A stretch of DNA of 63,381 bases, filler included, from Octopus bimaculoides (taxonomy: Eukaryota), in assembly GCF_001194135.2 (NCBI RefSeq). It is 5 parts of 5 records of this genome, joined end to end, with 100 filler letters (N's around TTAATTAATTAA, not from the genome) between each part and the next. Parts side by side here need not be neighbours in the genome. Positions count along the whole stretch, not along the records: positions 1 to 22,802 come from NC_068987.1; positions 22,903 to 41,752 come from NC_068982.1; 3 more parts are not named here. The stretch is one strand, 5' to 3'. The first letter of the stretch is position 1, and the number at the start of each line of letters is the position of its first letter. Under the pieces are notes generated by a model that searched no databases, was not told where the DNA came from, and saw only the letters and a program-made list of their open reading frames with translations. The translations under genes and the position numbers were made by a program. Positions 12,956 to 24,974 of this stretch are shown in pieces.

Positions 12956-13876
12956 AGTGAGGAAACAGTGAATTAGAGATAGAAAGCACCCTGCACACAC
13001 TTTATGGGGTGTGCCGGATGCTTTTAACATGTCACTGGCACAAGCACTTTTACATGGCACCGGTATGTCTGCTTTTTACATGGCACCAGCAGAGGACTCT
13101 GGCAGGCCAATCTTCTCCACCAGGGGATGTGGCCTTAACACTTCTGCTGTGGAGGATGGGTCTTCTTGAGTACAGAAAGGCATCAGGTATCTTGGTCCCC
13201 TGTATATATGTAAATCACTAAGTATTGTGTTACCCCTGACACCAAGCAGCTGATTCTCAAAAGCTGAGAGACCATTTAGATACGAGAAGCTACAGCAGAA
13301 GAGTATAATTCACTATTGCAAATATTGTCTACATTGCAAACTTTATGAATGATTCATTATCAATAAACATAATTTCAACAATGTTGACATCTTTATCACA
13401 CATATTAACTATTATCTAGGAATGCTATCTCACCAAGTCTGATATCTCCATCATGTATAATATATTTTATTGAGAAATATGATCTCACCAATACTGACGG
13501 CTCTACCACACACACACACACACACGTGCACTATTTACAGACACCATTTCATGTATACTAATGCTGGTGGTGATGCTGATGCAAAATTTGAAGAGCATCC
13601 TTTAATTCTTTGTGCTTTATTTTCTCACTCGTTAGTGAATTACATCTATTTTCACAAGCTGATATCAATAGTATGTTTGTCCAGATTTATATATTTATTA
13701 AACATGGACATGGCTGAGAGGTTAAGAAGCTGGCTTTGTAATCATGTGTGATTTTAGGTTCAATCCTGCTGCTTGACACCACAGGCAAGTGTCTTCTCTC
13801 ATTGCCTTAGCCTTGATCTGAACAATGACTTGCGAATGAAATTAGGAAATGTAAACTGCACAGAAGCCTGTTGCAG

Positions 13877-13961
<85 letters not shown>

Positions 13962-13970
13962 TATATATGT

Positions 13971-14225
13971 CCCTCATAGCAGAATCACTACCAGAACTAG
14001 AGAAGAAACTTCAAGTGTGGAAGCAAGGTTTAGAATCGAAGGGCCTTAGAGTCAATGTTGCAAAGACCAAAGTTCTAGTAAGTAGGAAGGCGAACACATC
14101 ACACACCCCTTCTGCTCAATCTGTAGAAAAGTTGTAGGTAGAAACTCCATAAGATGTACCCAGTGTAAGCTATGGACACATAAGAGGTCCAGCAACATCA
14201 AAGGAAGATTAACCGGAAAGATAGC
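13971..14225 (+). mobile_element. RTE-type LINE reverse transcriptase fragment
   Basis: LIAESLPELEKKLQVWKQGLESKGLRVNVAKTKVLVS, then SIRCTQCKLWTHKR: the segment following YADD plus a Cys-rich module. Confidence 0.85.
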
Positions 14226-16044
14226 TATGTATATATAGTGTGTGTATGCATATATATATATGCATGAATACTTGTACGTGTGTATGTGTCTTCACACAGT
14301 TTATATGCGTTAGTATAGAACACCTGCCTTGAAAACAAGTCTGATTGTGGAGCAGATTACAGTGCAAAAGACATGGATTGGACAAAACTTGCATTCTATG
14401 GCCAGATGCTTTTCCTGTCACCAACCCTTACTTGTTTCCAAGTAAGATATTCATTTACTTGTTTATTGGGTCTGTGGCTTCGAAAAAATGGCTCCCAGTA
14501 CTTATTTTAGGCTTGGTGCTTATTCCATCAGTCTTTTTTGCCGAACCATTAAGTCATAGAGATATAAACAAACCAACACCAGTTGTCAAGCAGTGGGGAG
14601 GGGAAACACAAACTCATGCATATATATCCCAATATAACAGAAATACTTAGGATAGTTCCAACTCATAGTGGCTGTGAGATTGGTAGTTCAGAATCTCATG
14701 GTCACTATCGGAATCTCATGGTCGCAGTGCAAATAAACGAATAAATAAATTTACAATTCTAAATCAACTTCATTATCATAAATCTATCAGATCACAGTCT
14801 CCTCATAATAGTCATTTTATTCTAATCTAATTCCAATTCTTGTATTGGATGACAGCTAGGATTGAATCTTTTGTGTGTTCGTTCAATACAACCTGATGAT
14901 CTTGCATTTTTGATTTTGGTTTTTCTTCCACTAAAATTTAACTGAAATGATGTTAAAACAGACTTAATGACTCAACTCTTTAGAATATTGCCAAAAGCTG
15001 TCACCTATAAATTGCTAATGTAAATCAACAACTAATCAGATCAATATTTGACCTGATGAATGTTTGATGCAGTGAAAAGATGGATCAATGGTTGAAGTAC
15101 AGGTACTTTAGTGTCTGAGATTCAGGTCAATAGAGTATGAAGTAAGAAGGGTATGTGTGGAGATTATCATTTGTGTAATTGCCAGAATAACAGAATAGAA
15201 GAATGTCGTGGTTAGAAATCTGGAACACCAGATTTATGGTTTGGAATTTAGACTTGATTAGAATTCTAGAATATCTTTTACTTGTTCTAATCATTTGACT
15301 GCGACCATGCTAGGGCACCGCCTTGAAGAATTTTTAGTTGAATGAATTGATCCTAGTACTTATATTTTGTTAAACTTTCTACTTATTCTATTGGTCTCTT
15401 TGCCAAACTGCTTAGTTACAGGGACATAAACACACAAACACCATGTACTTCAAACGTCTTTTTTAATTTTTATATCAGCTACCGACGAGTACAAATATGA
15501 CTATTACGATTGTCTATTTAGGAATATTTGAGACTTTTTTGTACAAAACAATTCTATAGCAAAATGAAAAATAAAAACTATAATCCATTTTAATATCTAA
15601 TCTCCTCCATTACATAAATATGAATGAATTTGTTGTACTTTGTTTGATAACTTAATTCATTTACTGATTATTTCTATACAAGCTTTCATACCTATACAAA
15701 TTTATATAAGTAAATTTGAAAGTAAAATATGCAGAAAAGACATTAGAAATCTTAAGAAAAATTTCCAGTTAAAAGACCAACATACATTCATCCAATAAAA
15801 CACATATGTAGCATTGATTAAAAATATCTTCTTGCCCCACAGACTTAATAACAGGTAAGTTATATATATTTATTCAAATATTTTTTCAAATAATTTTATT
15901 GCATTTTATAGTAGGTTTTTTAAATGCTTATATTATTTAATTATTATTATTTTATTAGATATAACTTTCTATGCGTATTCCATACAATAAGGTTATCCTG
16001 AAATAGTAGTTGCGGTTCTATTGGTAAAATCCCAAATTTGTAAA

Positions 16045-16138
<94 letters not shown>

Positions 16139-16274
16139 CCATGATTGATCGCTAGCCACTAAACCTTTTTTATTTTCTCTCTCTGCTTATTTCTGTGCTC
16201 CTTTCTGCTGAAGAGCGTAGGCTTGAAATGTAAAAGACTTTCTCATTTCCCAAGCATTAAACTAATACATCTGG

Positions 16275-16548
16275 TCGTTGCCAGTGCCGCTGGACTGGCT
16301 CCCATGCAGGTGGCATGTAAAATACACCATTTTGAGCGTGGCCATTGCCGTGTGACTGACCCTCGTGCCGGTGGCACGTAAAAGCACCCACTACACTCTC
16401 GGAGTGGTTGGCGTTAGGAATGGCATCCAGCTGTAGAAACTCTGCCAGATCAGATTGGAGCCTGGTGCAGCCTTCTGGCTTGCCAGTCCTCAGTCAAACT
16501 GTCCAACCCATGCTAGCATGGAAAGCGGACGTTAAACAATGATGATGA
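16275..16548 (+). mobile_element. Family A element (RTE 3'-UTR-derived, (GAT)n tail); representative copy
   Basis: gtaaaagcacccactacactctcggagtggttggcgttagg...gcatggaaagcggacgttaaac(gat)n. Copies at about 37-222, 500-700, 1130-1318, 7180-7345, 9505-9740, 10030-10208 and 49435-49712 (+), and 5046-5200 and 18835-19020 (-). Confidence 0.9.
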
Positions 16549-16617
16549 TCCGTTTGCTGTTTACATACCCAGCTTCATCTTTTGTTTTGCCTTTTTTGTA
16601 AATTCCAAGTATATATA

Positions 16618-16885
16618 TCATCATCATCATCATCATCATCGTTTAACGTCCGCTTTCCATGCTAGCATGGGTAGGACGATTTGACTGAAGACTGGTGCAA
16701 CCAGATGGCTACACCAGGCTCCAATCTAATTTGGCAGAGTTTCTACAGCTGGATGCCCTTCCTAACGCCAATCACTCAAAGAGTGTAGTGGGTGCTTTTA
16801 CGTGTCACCCGCACGAAAACGGCCACGCTCGAAATGGTGTCTTTTATGTGCCACCCGCACAAGAGCCAGTCCAGGGGCACTGGCA
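16618..16885 (-). mobile_element. Family A element, tail-to-tail with 16275-16548
   Basis: Reverse complement of the same consensus. Confidence 0.9.
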
Positions 16886-17125
16886 NNNNNNNNNNNNNNN
16901 NNNNNNNNNNNNNNNNNNNNNNNNNNNNNNNNNNNNNNNNNNNNNNNNNNNNNNNNNNNNNNNNNNNNNNNNNNNNNNNNNNNNNNNNNNNNNNNNNNNN
17001 NNNNNNNNNNNNNNNNNNNNNNNNNNNNNNNNNNNNNNNNNNNNNNNNNNNNNNNNNNNNNNNNNNNNNNNNNNNNNNNNNNNNNNNNNNNNNNNNNNNN
17101 NNNNNNNNNNNNNNNNNNNNNNNNN

Positions 17126-17158
<33 letters not shown>

Positions 17159-18631
17159 TTTTAGCATACATGTTATTCTGTTTAAATGTAATGTTTATTT
17201 ATCTACATTCATCATCATCATTATTATTGTATGTCCTCAGCAGTCATGGCCCATGTTTTCATTGCAGTGTAGCATGGCAGTTCACCCACATGCAATAATG
17301 GTGCCATACGAGTTAGTCATGTTCTTAATCCATATGCTATAATATCTAATTTTTGACACAAATGCTGATTGTTTCATTTGTATATTTTGGAATCAGTAAT
17401 TTTTTAAAAGCATCAGTATGTTTCCAGGATAATCCTTCACCAGATGTGCAAATAGCAAGATAATCGATTTCTTTATAACATTTTAAGCCATGATCTTTGA
17501 TTTTTTTGTGAAAAAAAATTTACATTTTTCTTTATGACATTTTAAGCCACATTCTTTTAACAAATTAAATATTATTTCTAAATTATTTCAATGTTTTTCA
17601 CCCAAGAAATGTTGTCAACTAACCACACCTAAACTTAATTATTATTTGTCATAATTAATTGTCTAATTAGGTTATTATTCGTAGAATAATCGATTTATAA
17701 TTTCATCATCATCATCATCATCATCATGATTACTATCATTACTATTATTGTTGTTGTTGTTATCTCATGATGATGATGATGATGATGAAGACAATGACTT
17801 GCCAAAATTGCTTTATATTCCATAGTTTATTATTTCATCAAATAATTTCTACAGATTATTTCTCCATCATATAATTTTGTTATATTTCTCATAATACTAT
17901 TAACACAGATCTAGATTCAGAAAATAGCTTACCAAATTGAAAATCACTGGAATGGCATACGAGACAGAATTTTTTTTTAATGCAGATACAAAAGAAATAC
18001 AATAGACAAATGGAAAATGTGTTGTGAATGTATGTGTGCTTGTGCAGGATTTCTAGTCATTGAGATTATAACATTCCCCCACCTGGATGGGATGCCAGTC
18101 TATCACAGCATTAACTTCCCAGTTATTGCTCAGCACTGGGTGCATTGCTTCTTATAGAAGAAACAACTGTAAGCTAATGAAAGTGATTATGCAGCTCCAG
18201 TATTTTTTTTTTTTGTCATTCATTAAAAGTGTAGCTGCGTGTTAAGAAGTTTTCTTCCCAACCTCATGGTTCTGGGTTCAGTCCTACTGCATAGCACTTT
18301 GGGCAAGTGTCTTCTACTACAGTCTCGGGCAGACCAAAGTGGATTTGGTGGACGGAAACTGAAAGAAGCCCATTGTGTATGTGTGTGTGAGTTTGTCCCT
18401 CACCATTGTTTGATAGCCTGAGTTGGTTTACTCTTTTTTTTTACTCTTTTATTTGTTTCAGTCATTTGACTGTGACCAAGCTGGAGCACCACCTTTAGTT
18501 GAGCAAATCGACCCCAGGACTTATTCTTTGTAAGCCTAGTACTTATTTCATCGGTCTCTCTTGCCGAACTGCTAAGTGAAGGGGATGTAAACACACCAGC
18601 ATCAGTTGTCAAACGATGTTGAGGGGACAAA

Positions 18632-18680
<49 letters not shown>

Positions 18681-19080
18681 TTATACAATGGGCTTTTTTC
18701 AGCTTCCGTCTACCAAATCCACTCATAAGGCTTTGGTCAGCCTGAGGCAATATCAGAAGACACTTGCCCAAAGTGCCACACAGTGGGACTGAACCTGGAA
18801 CCATGTGGTTGGTAAGCAAGCTACTTACTACACATCATCATCATCATTTAACATTCGTTTTCCATGCTGGCATGGGTTGAATGGTTTGACAGAAAACTGG
18901 TCAGCTGGAGAGCTGCACCAGGTTCTAATCTGTTTTGGCATGGTTTCTACAGCTGGATACCATTCCTGATGCCAACCATTCCAAAGGTGTAGTGGGTGCA
19001 TTTTACATGCCACTGGCACAGGTGCCAGTTATGAAACACCAGCATCAGCCATGACTACAATCTCACTTGGCTTGACAGGT

Positions 19081-19375
19081 CTTCACAAGCATGGTATATT
19101 CTTTTCTGCTCTAGGCACAAGGCCCGAAATTTGGGGGGGGGGGAGNNNNNNNNNNNNNNNNNNNNNNNNNNNNNNNNNNNNNNNNNNNNNNNNNNNNNNN
19201 NNGGGCCAGTCGATTACATCGACTCCAGTACGCAACTGGTACTTAATTTATCGATCCCGAAAGGATGAAAGGCAAAGTCGACCTCGGTGGAATTTGAACT
19301 CAGAACATAAAGACAGATGAAATACTGCTAAGCATTTTGCCAGATGTGTTGCCGTTTCTGCCAGCTCACCGCTGG
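19081..19375 (-). mobile_element. Family B SINE monomer (tail type 2)
   Basis: Head, central domain and GGCCTTGTGCCTAGAGCAGAAAAG tail; no tail-1 segment visible, although a short N gap lies inside. Confidence 0.8.
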
Positions 19376-20099
19376 CATCAAGCATTGTTTATTGCCAAAG
19401 GTCTGTCGCTAGTCACTGCCTCTGTGAGGCACAAACTTTGAAGGGTGCTTTTTATGTGTCACTGGCATGGGTGCCAGATATGCGACACTGACATCAGCCA
19501 TAACTACGATTTCACCTGGCTTGACAGGTTTTCCCAAGCATCAGCATATTGCCCAACATTCAAACGGTGCTTTTTATGTGCCACCAGCACGAGTGCCATT
19601 GACACAACACTGGCATTGGCCACAACTGTGATTTCACTTGGCTTGACGTGTCTTCTCAATCACGGCATATCACCAAAGGCCATATATATATGGAGACATT
19701 ATGCTCAGGTCATATAAATATCTAATTAATATATACTGAGTATTATTTGAAACAGCTGTAAGGGATGTGGATTAATTTGTTGTTAATAATAAGCAATTAT
19801 TAACTTCGTAATCTCCATTTTCTTTTTCTTCTTTTAAATGTATGTGTGTGTGTGTGTGTGTGTAACGTTTGTATCCCTCTCTCTTTTAGGTAGGCACAGA
19901 ATATGGCAGGAATGAGGTAATTGTAGGTTGTAACTTCCAGGTTTTATCTGGGAGGTGACATTTAGTGGTGCTAAGTTCAGTTAGATTGTATCAACCAAGA
20001 ATCTAGACTTCATCACAATTCTGACTCATTGGTTGTACTCTATAGGATAGTTTTTTTGTTTTTTTTTAGTGTCAGTCTAACAGATGGAAAAGGAAAATC

Positions 20100-20751
20100 A
20101 GAAAATGAGAGAAAAAGAAGGAGAGAGAGGGAGAGAGAGAAAGACAAAGAGTGAGGAAGAGGGGGAGAGAGAGAAGAAAAGAAAGAGAAAGAGATAGGGA
20201 GAGAGAGAGATGAGAGGAGAGAGACATGAGAGGAAAGAGATATGAGAAGAGAGAGAGAGAGATGAGAAGAGAGAGAGATATGAGAAGAGAGAGAGAGATA
20301 TGAGAAGAGAGAGAGAGATATGAGAAGAGAGAGAGAGAGAGAGATAAGAAGAGAGAGAGAGAGATATGAGAAGAGAGAGAGAGAGAGATATAAGAAGAGA
20401 GAGAGAGAGAGATATGAGAAGAGAGAGAGATATGAGAAGAGAGAGAGAGAGAGATATGAGAAGAGAGAGAGAGATATGAGAAGAGAGAGAGAGATATGAG
20501 AAGAGAGAGAGAGATATGAGAAGAGAGAGATATGAGAAGAGAGAGAGAGAGATGAGAAGAGAGAGAGAGATATGAGAAGAGAGAGAGAGATATGAAAAGA
20601 GAGACAGAGAGAATAGAGAGCAGAAAGAAAGAAAAATAGACAACAGACAATGAGAAAAAATGAGAGAGAGATAAGGGAGAGAAAGAGAAAGAAATAGACA
20701 GACAGACTGAGAGTAAGAAAGGAGAAAGAGGAGAAAGAGGGAGAGTGAGAA

Positions 20752-20792
<41 letters not shown>

Positions 20793-20850
20793 AAAGAAAG
20801 AAAGAAACTGAGAGAAATAGAGAGGAAGAAGAAGAAGAGAGAGAGAGAGA
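20100..20850. repeat. (GA)n-based minisatellite with GAGATATGAGAAGAGAGAGA units
   Basis: About 15 variable-length units at 20210-20600 within a GA-rich tract. Confidence 0.9.
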
Positions 20851-21369
20851 GAGATGGTGTGACTGAGGAGAAAGATTGTAAGTGGCCGCCTAGTAATATA
20901 TTAAATTTCTTAAAGAGAGAATGTTAAACGTTGATGCCAAATGGCTACTGTACTTCCATTTTCAACATCCATTTATTAGTGGTGGGTGGAAGGATACGAG
21001 ACTTGTGTGTGGTATATAGATGATGTATGATGTACTCTTACATTATTCCATGGTGACCAAAGTTTCATTGGAACTGTAGATATAGCTGATAACTTGAGAA
21101 ATCAATATCTCCATTTTGTACTTATAACAGAATGCTGGGTGATTTCCTTTCAACTTTTGACATAATATTCCTCTCCTTGTCCTGTTCAAATGACAACTTC
21201 TGGTGAGGAAACTATATAAATAACACCCAGGCTGTTCTTGTTTAGCCCCAGGTCTTCCTTGAATGAGCAGACTTTTGATCAAGGTCCTTCCAGCTATGAC
21301 ATTTCCATCCTTTTTTTATTAGATATGCTGTCTCCAGATCTACATAATCCAGTGTTCCCTTCTTCTTTG

Positions 21370-21640
21370 TCATCATCGTCATCGTCGTTGTCATCATCAT
21401 CACCACCACCACCACCACCACCGTTGTCATTTAACATCATCATCATCATCACCGTCATTGTCATCATCATCACCACCACTATCATCATCATCATCATTTA
21501 ACATCATCATCATCATCATCGCCATCATCATCATCATTATCATCATCATCATCATCACCATCATTGTCATCATCATCACCACCACCATCATCATCATCAT
21601 CATCTATCACCACCACCACCACCATCATCATCATCATCGT
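21370..21640. repeat. (CAT)n/(CAC)n trinucleotide tract (others at 4670-4820, 58740-58915, 61250-61385 and 61755-61870)
   Basis: Direct inspection. Confidence 0.95.
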
Positions 21641-22188
21641 TTTATATCCACATTTCCATGCTTGCAAAGGTGAGAAAGAACTTGTTGAGTCAGATTTTCT
21701 ACAGCTGGATGCCCTTCCTATCATTAACACTCACCAGTTTCTAAGCAAGGTAATATTTCACCCTAGTCAGACATGTTTTTCATGGAAAACTGGAAATGAA
21801 CAACCTCGCTTGTATAACAATGAGGCTCATTTACAACCATCATATGATGTCTAGACAAAGGTACCTATTTCAGGTGCAAAAACCTGTCTTCAGAAGATTA
21901 CAGGCGCTTTCGACATGGTACCAGCATTGGTCCTTTCTATGTGGTGCAAGTACAGGTAATTATAAAATGGTGCCAGCACAGGTGCTTTTTACTTGATTAT
22001 GTATATTAAGGTATACATGAATAGGTGTTATTATGTGTGTCATGGTATATATATTATTGAACATAATTTGGAAACATAAATCCATTGGTGGGATGGGTAA
22101 GGCATGAAATGAGAGTAGGGGTGGATCATGTTTTTAAATTTGACAATAAACTGTTTGAGCTACAAATGAAGAACAGGATAAAGAAGAC

Positions 22189-22452
22189 ACAGTTCTATAT
22201 TTGAGAGATGAGGAACTATGTACATTATTTACATTTGACAGATATTTGTCTTCATCTTGTTTGTTGTTAGCACAACATTTCGGTTGATATACCCTCCAGC
22301 CTTCATCAGGTGTCTTGGGGAAATTTTGAACCTGGGTTCTCATTCCTAAGGTTTTTTTCAATGTTATTATTATTATTATGATTCAGGTGATTGCCTGGAA
22401 TCGAACTCGGAATCTTGGGGTTAGTAGCCCGTGCTCTTAACCACAACACCAT
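22189..22452 (-). mobile_element. tRNA-headed SINE (family F) with CTGATGA...GAAA-containing tail
   Basis: Head TGGTGTTGTGGTTAAGAGC...GAGTTCGATTCC (A/B boxes), internal (AAT)n, tail CACCTGATGAAGGCTGGAGGGTATATCAACCGAAA. Confidence 0.85.
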
Positions 22453-22479
22453 GTGTGTGTATGTGCATGTGTGTGCATG

Positions 22480-22513
<34 letters not shown>

Positions 22514-22544
22514 CACATGCGTAAAGAACACAAATGGGACCCGT

Positions 22545-22620
22545 GGACATATGGCGTAGTGGTTAAGAGCATGGGCTACTAACCACAAGATTCCAAGTTC
22601 GATTCCAGGCAATGACCTGA

Positions 22621-22682
<62 letters not shown>

Positions 22683-22802
22683 AATAACAACATCAAAAAA
22701 TACCTCTGGAATGAAAACCCAGGTTCGAAATTTCCCCCAAGACACCTGATGAAGGCTGGAGGGTATATCAGCTGAAATGTTGTTTTAGCAACAAACAAGA
22801 TG
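22545..22802 (+). mobile_element. Family F SINE, inverted relative to 22189-22452, truncated by a linker
   Basis: A box TGGCGTAGTGG (22552-22562), B box GTTCGATTCC (22597-22606), internal (GAT)n, same tail. Confidence 0.85.
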
Positions 22803-22902
22803 NNNNNNNNNNNNNNNNNNNNNNNNNNNNNNNNNNNNNNNNNNNNTTAATTAATTAANNNNNNNNNNNNNNNNNNNNNNNNNNNNNNNNNNNNNNNNNN
22901 NN
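22803..22902. other. Artificial assembly linker N44-TTAATTAATTAA-N44
   Basis: Exactly 100 nt; identical structure at 41753-41852, 56990-57089 and 62245-62344. Confidence 0.95.
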
Positions 22903-22921
22903 ATATATATTCATGGGTGAA

Positions 22922-23250
22922 GGCGCATGGCTCAGTGGTTAGATCGTCGAGCTTACGATCGTGAGGTTGAGCTTGAATCCCGGACCAGGCTGCGTGTTGT
23001 GTTCTTGAGCAAGACACTTTATTTCACGTTGTTCCAGTTCACTCAGCTGTAGAAATGAGTTGCGACGTCACAGGTGCCAAGCTGTTTCGGCCTTTGCCTT
23101 TCCTTTGGATAACACTGGTGGCGTGAAGAGGGGAGGCCGGTATGCATGGGCGACTGCTGGTCTTCTATAAACAACCTTGCCCGGTCTTGTGCCTGGGAGG
23201 GTAACTTTCTAGGTGCAATCCCATGGTCAGTCATAACCGAAGGGGGTCTC
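22922..23250 (+). mobile_element. tRNA-derived SINE with CORE-like central domain
   Basis: A box TGGCTCAGTGG, degenerate B box, then GTGTTCTTGAGCAAGACACTTTATTTCAC...TCAGCTGTAGAAATGAG, resembling the CORE domain. Confidence 0.75.
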
Positions 23251-24181
23251 AGTATACATTGTATACATATATTTATATATATATACATTGTATATGTATA
23301 TATATATTTGTGTTTGTGTGTCTGTCCCACAGCACCGCTTGACAACCGGTGCTGCTTTGTTTACGTTTCCGTAGCGTATCAGTTTAGCTAAAAAGGCCAA
23401 CAAAATAAGTACTGAGGTTTAAGATAAGTACTGGGATAGATTCGTTCGACTAAACCTTTGAAGGCAGTGCCCCAGCATGTCCATAGTCCAGTGACTCAAA
23501 CAAGAAAAAAAAATGACTATGGTGTGGTTAATTGTCTGGAAAATTATAATCTTCAAATTGACGCAACTTCAGACATTTCAATTAATCTAAAATTTATTCC
23601 TAACATTGAATATGGTAATGAACACATGGTTCCATATTTCCTACCACTGAATGTTTATAGTATAAACCACCTAGGGGGCCTGAATTTGTGTGGGTGCTGA
23701 AAGTTTGCTCTTTATTAGGTGGAGGCTAATACGATCAAACCAAATAAGACAGGTTTGCCATTTACAATTTACATTTAACGTTGGCTGGCAAGGCACTCCA
23801 TCGCTTACGACGACGAGTGTTCCAGTTGATTTGATCAGCGGAACAGCTTCCTCTGAAATTAACGTGCAAGTGGCTGAGCACTCCACAGACATGCGTACCC
23901 TTAACATAGTTAAGGGTACGCAGCGTTATATAAAGAATGCGTCAATTCTGACAATTTGAATTACAGGTACGCCTCATTTTTGCCAGCTAACATTATCAAC
24001 AGCAAGATCCCTCACCTACCAATTAAAACTAAATGAGGCTTCGTTAATGGTGTATAGGAACATTGACATCAAACCACCCTAAACAGCGTAAGGGGCAAGT
24101 CTTCGCTTTTTTTCATAACACGTGAGCACGCACACACATTGACTGTCTGCCTGTCTGTCTGTCTCTCTCTCTCTCCCTCTC

Positions 24182-24266
<85 letters not shown>

Positions 24267-24683
24267 GTCAGCGTTAAGGTCAAATTATGTATTATCAACT
24301 ATATATTGGTATATATGTTTGCGCAGTCTTATATATTTACACCAAAGTCTTTTTGTGTATTTAAAATATTTGCTTCGCAGCCAGGTCCATCCAGTTCCAT
24401 TGCAGTTCCTGCAGCCAGGTCCATCCAGTTCCATTTTATTGCACAGCCTCTGTCAGTGTGTCCTGCTATTGCTTTCAGTCGGTCAAATCCTGACTGGGTC
24501 ATTGGTACTGTACTTCCTTTTCTGTCTAAGCTATATGAAGTGATATTAGTTGAGAATCTAAAATATAATTAAACTATATAATGTTATTGTTGTGTCTGGG
24601 GAGAGTCATTACGTCAATATAATTAACACAAACTGGTTCAATTCAACCCATTTATTTAATATCCGATTGTTTTGTTTTTGTTT

Positions 24684-24724
24684 GTCAGAGCTCTTTCGTT
24701 GCTTCTCACAACCTTATCAGTGAC
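24684..24724 (-). ncRNA. Minimal type I hammerhead-ribozyme-like motif (Penelope-like element relic), probably inactive
   Basis: GTCA-CTGATAA-G-GTTG/TGAGAAG/CAAC-GAAA-GAGC-TC-TGAC: stem I GTCA/TGAC, stem II GTTG/CAAC, palindromic stem III. The G8 position is A. Confidence 0.55.
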
Positions 24725-24974
24725 TATTGACTTAGTCCGTTATAGAGACCACGTTTATTTGTTTGCTTGAGATCTTGTTGCGAGCGTGTGTGTGCGCACC
24801 AGCGTGTGCTTGTGTATGTATGTATATATGTATGTATGTATATATGTATGTATCATGTATGTACGCATTCTGCATATTCGTCTGTGTGAGTGTGTGCGTG
24901 TGCTTGCGCGCGCGTGCTTGTGTATGTATGTGTGCATGTATATATGTATGTAAGTGTATGTTTTGTGTTGTATA

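Noticed and set aside
20954-21001. Possible upstream DCDC1-like exon SRILPPTTNKWMLKME (minus, phase 0-0)
   Set aside because: IL-x-P-x4-W spacing resembles my recollection of the human protein, but the acceptor is AAG, the donor GTACAG is weak, and the W-to-NG spacing is off by one.
21131-21202. Plus-strand 72-nt exon candidate MLGDFLSTFDIIFLSLSCSNDNF; also the 27-nt VGTEYGRNE at 19890-19916 and a 30-nt piece near 40844-40873
   Set aside because: Splice motifs only, no recognisable product, and such matches are expected by chance.
23625-23650. VPYFLPL peptide shared with the antisense ORF at 25175-25582
   Set aside because: The 25.5-kb match is the antisense shadow of LINE ORF1 (GRKYGT); similarity does not extend, so it is treated as coincidence.
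24340-24530. Minus-strand frame LDRKGSTVPMTQSGFDRLKAIAG... with a 25-bp direct repeat (24377-24401, 24411-24435)
   Set aside because: The repeat period (34 nt) breaks frame periodicity, the donor is weak, and no homology was recognised.
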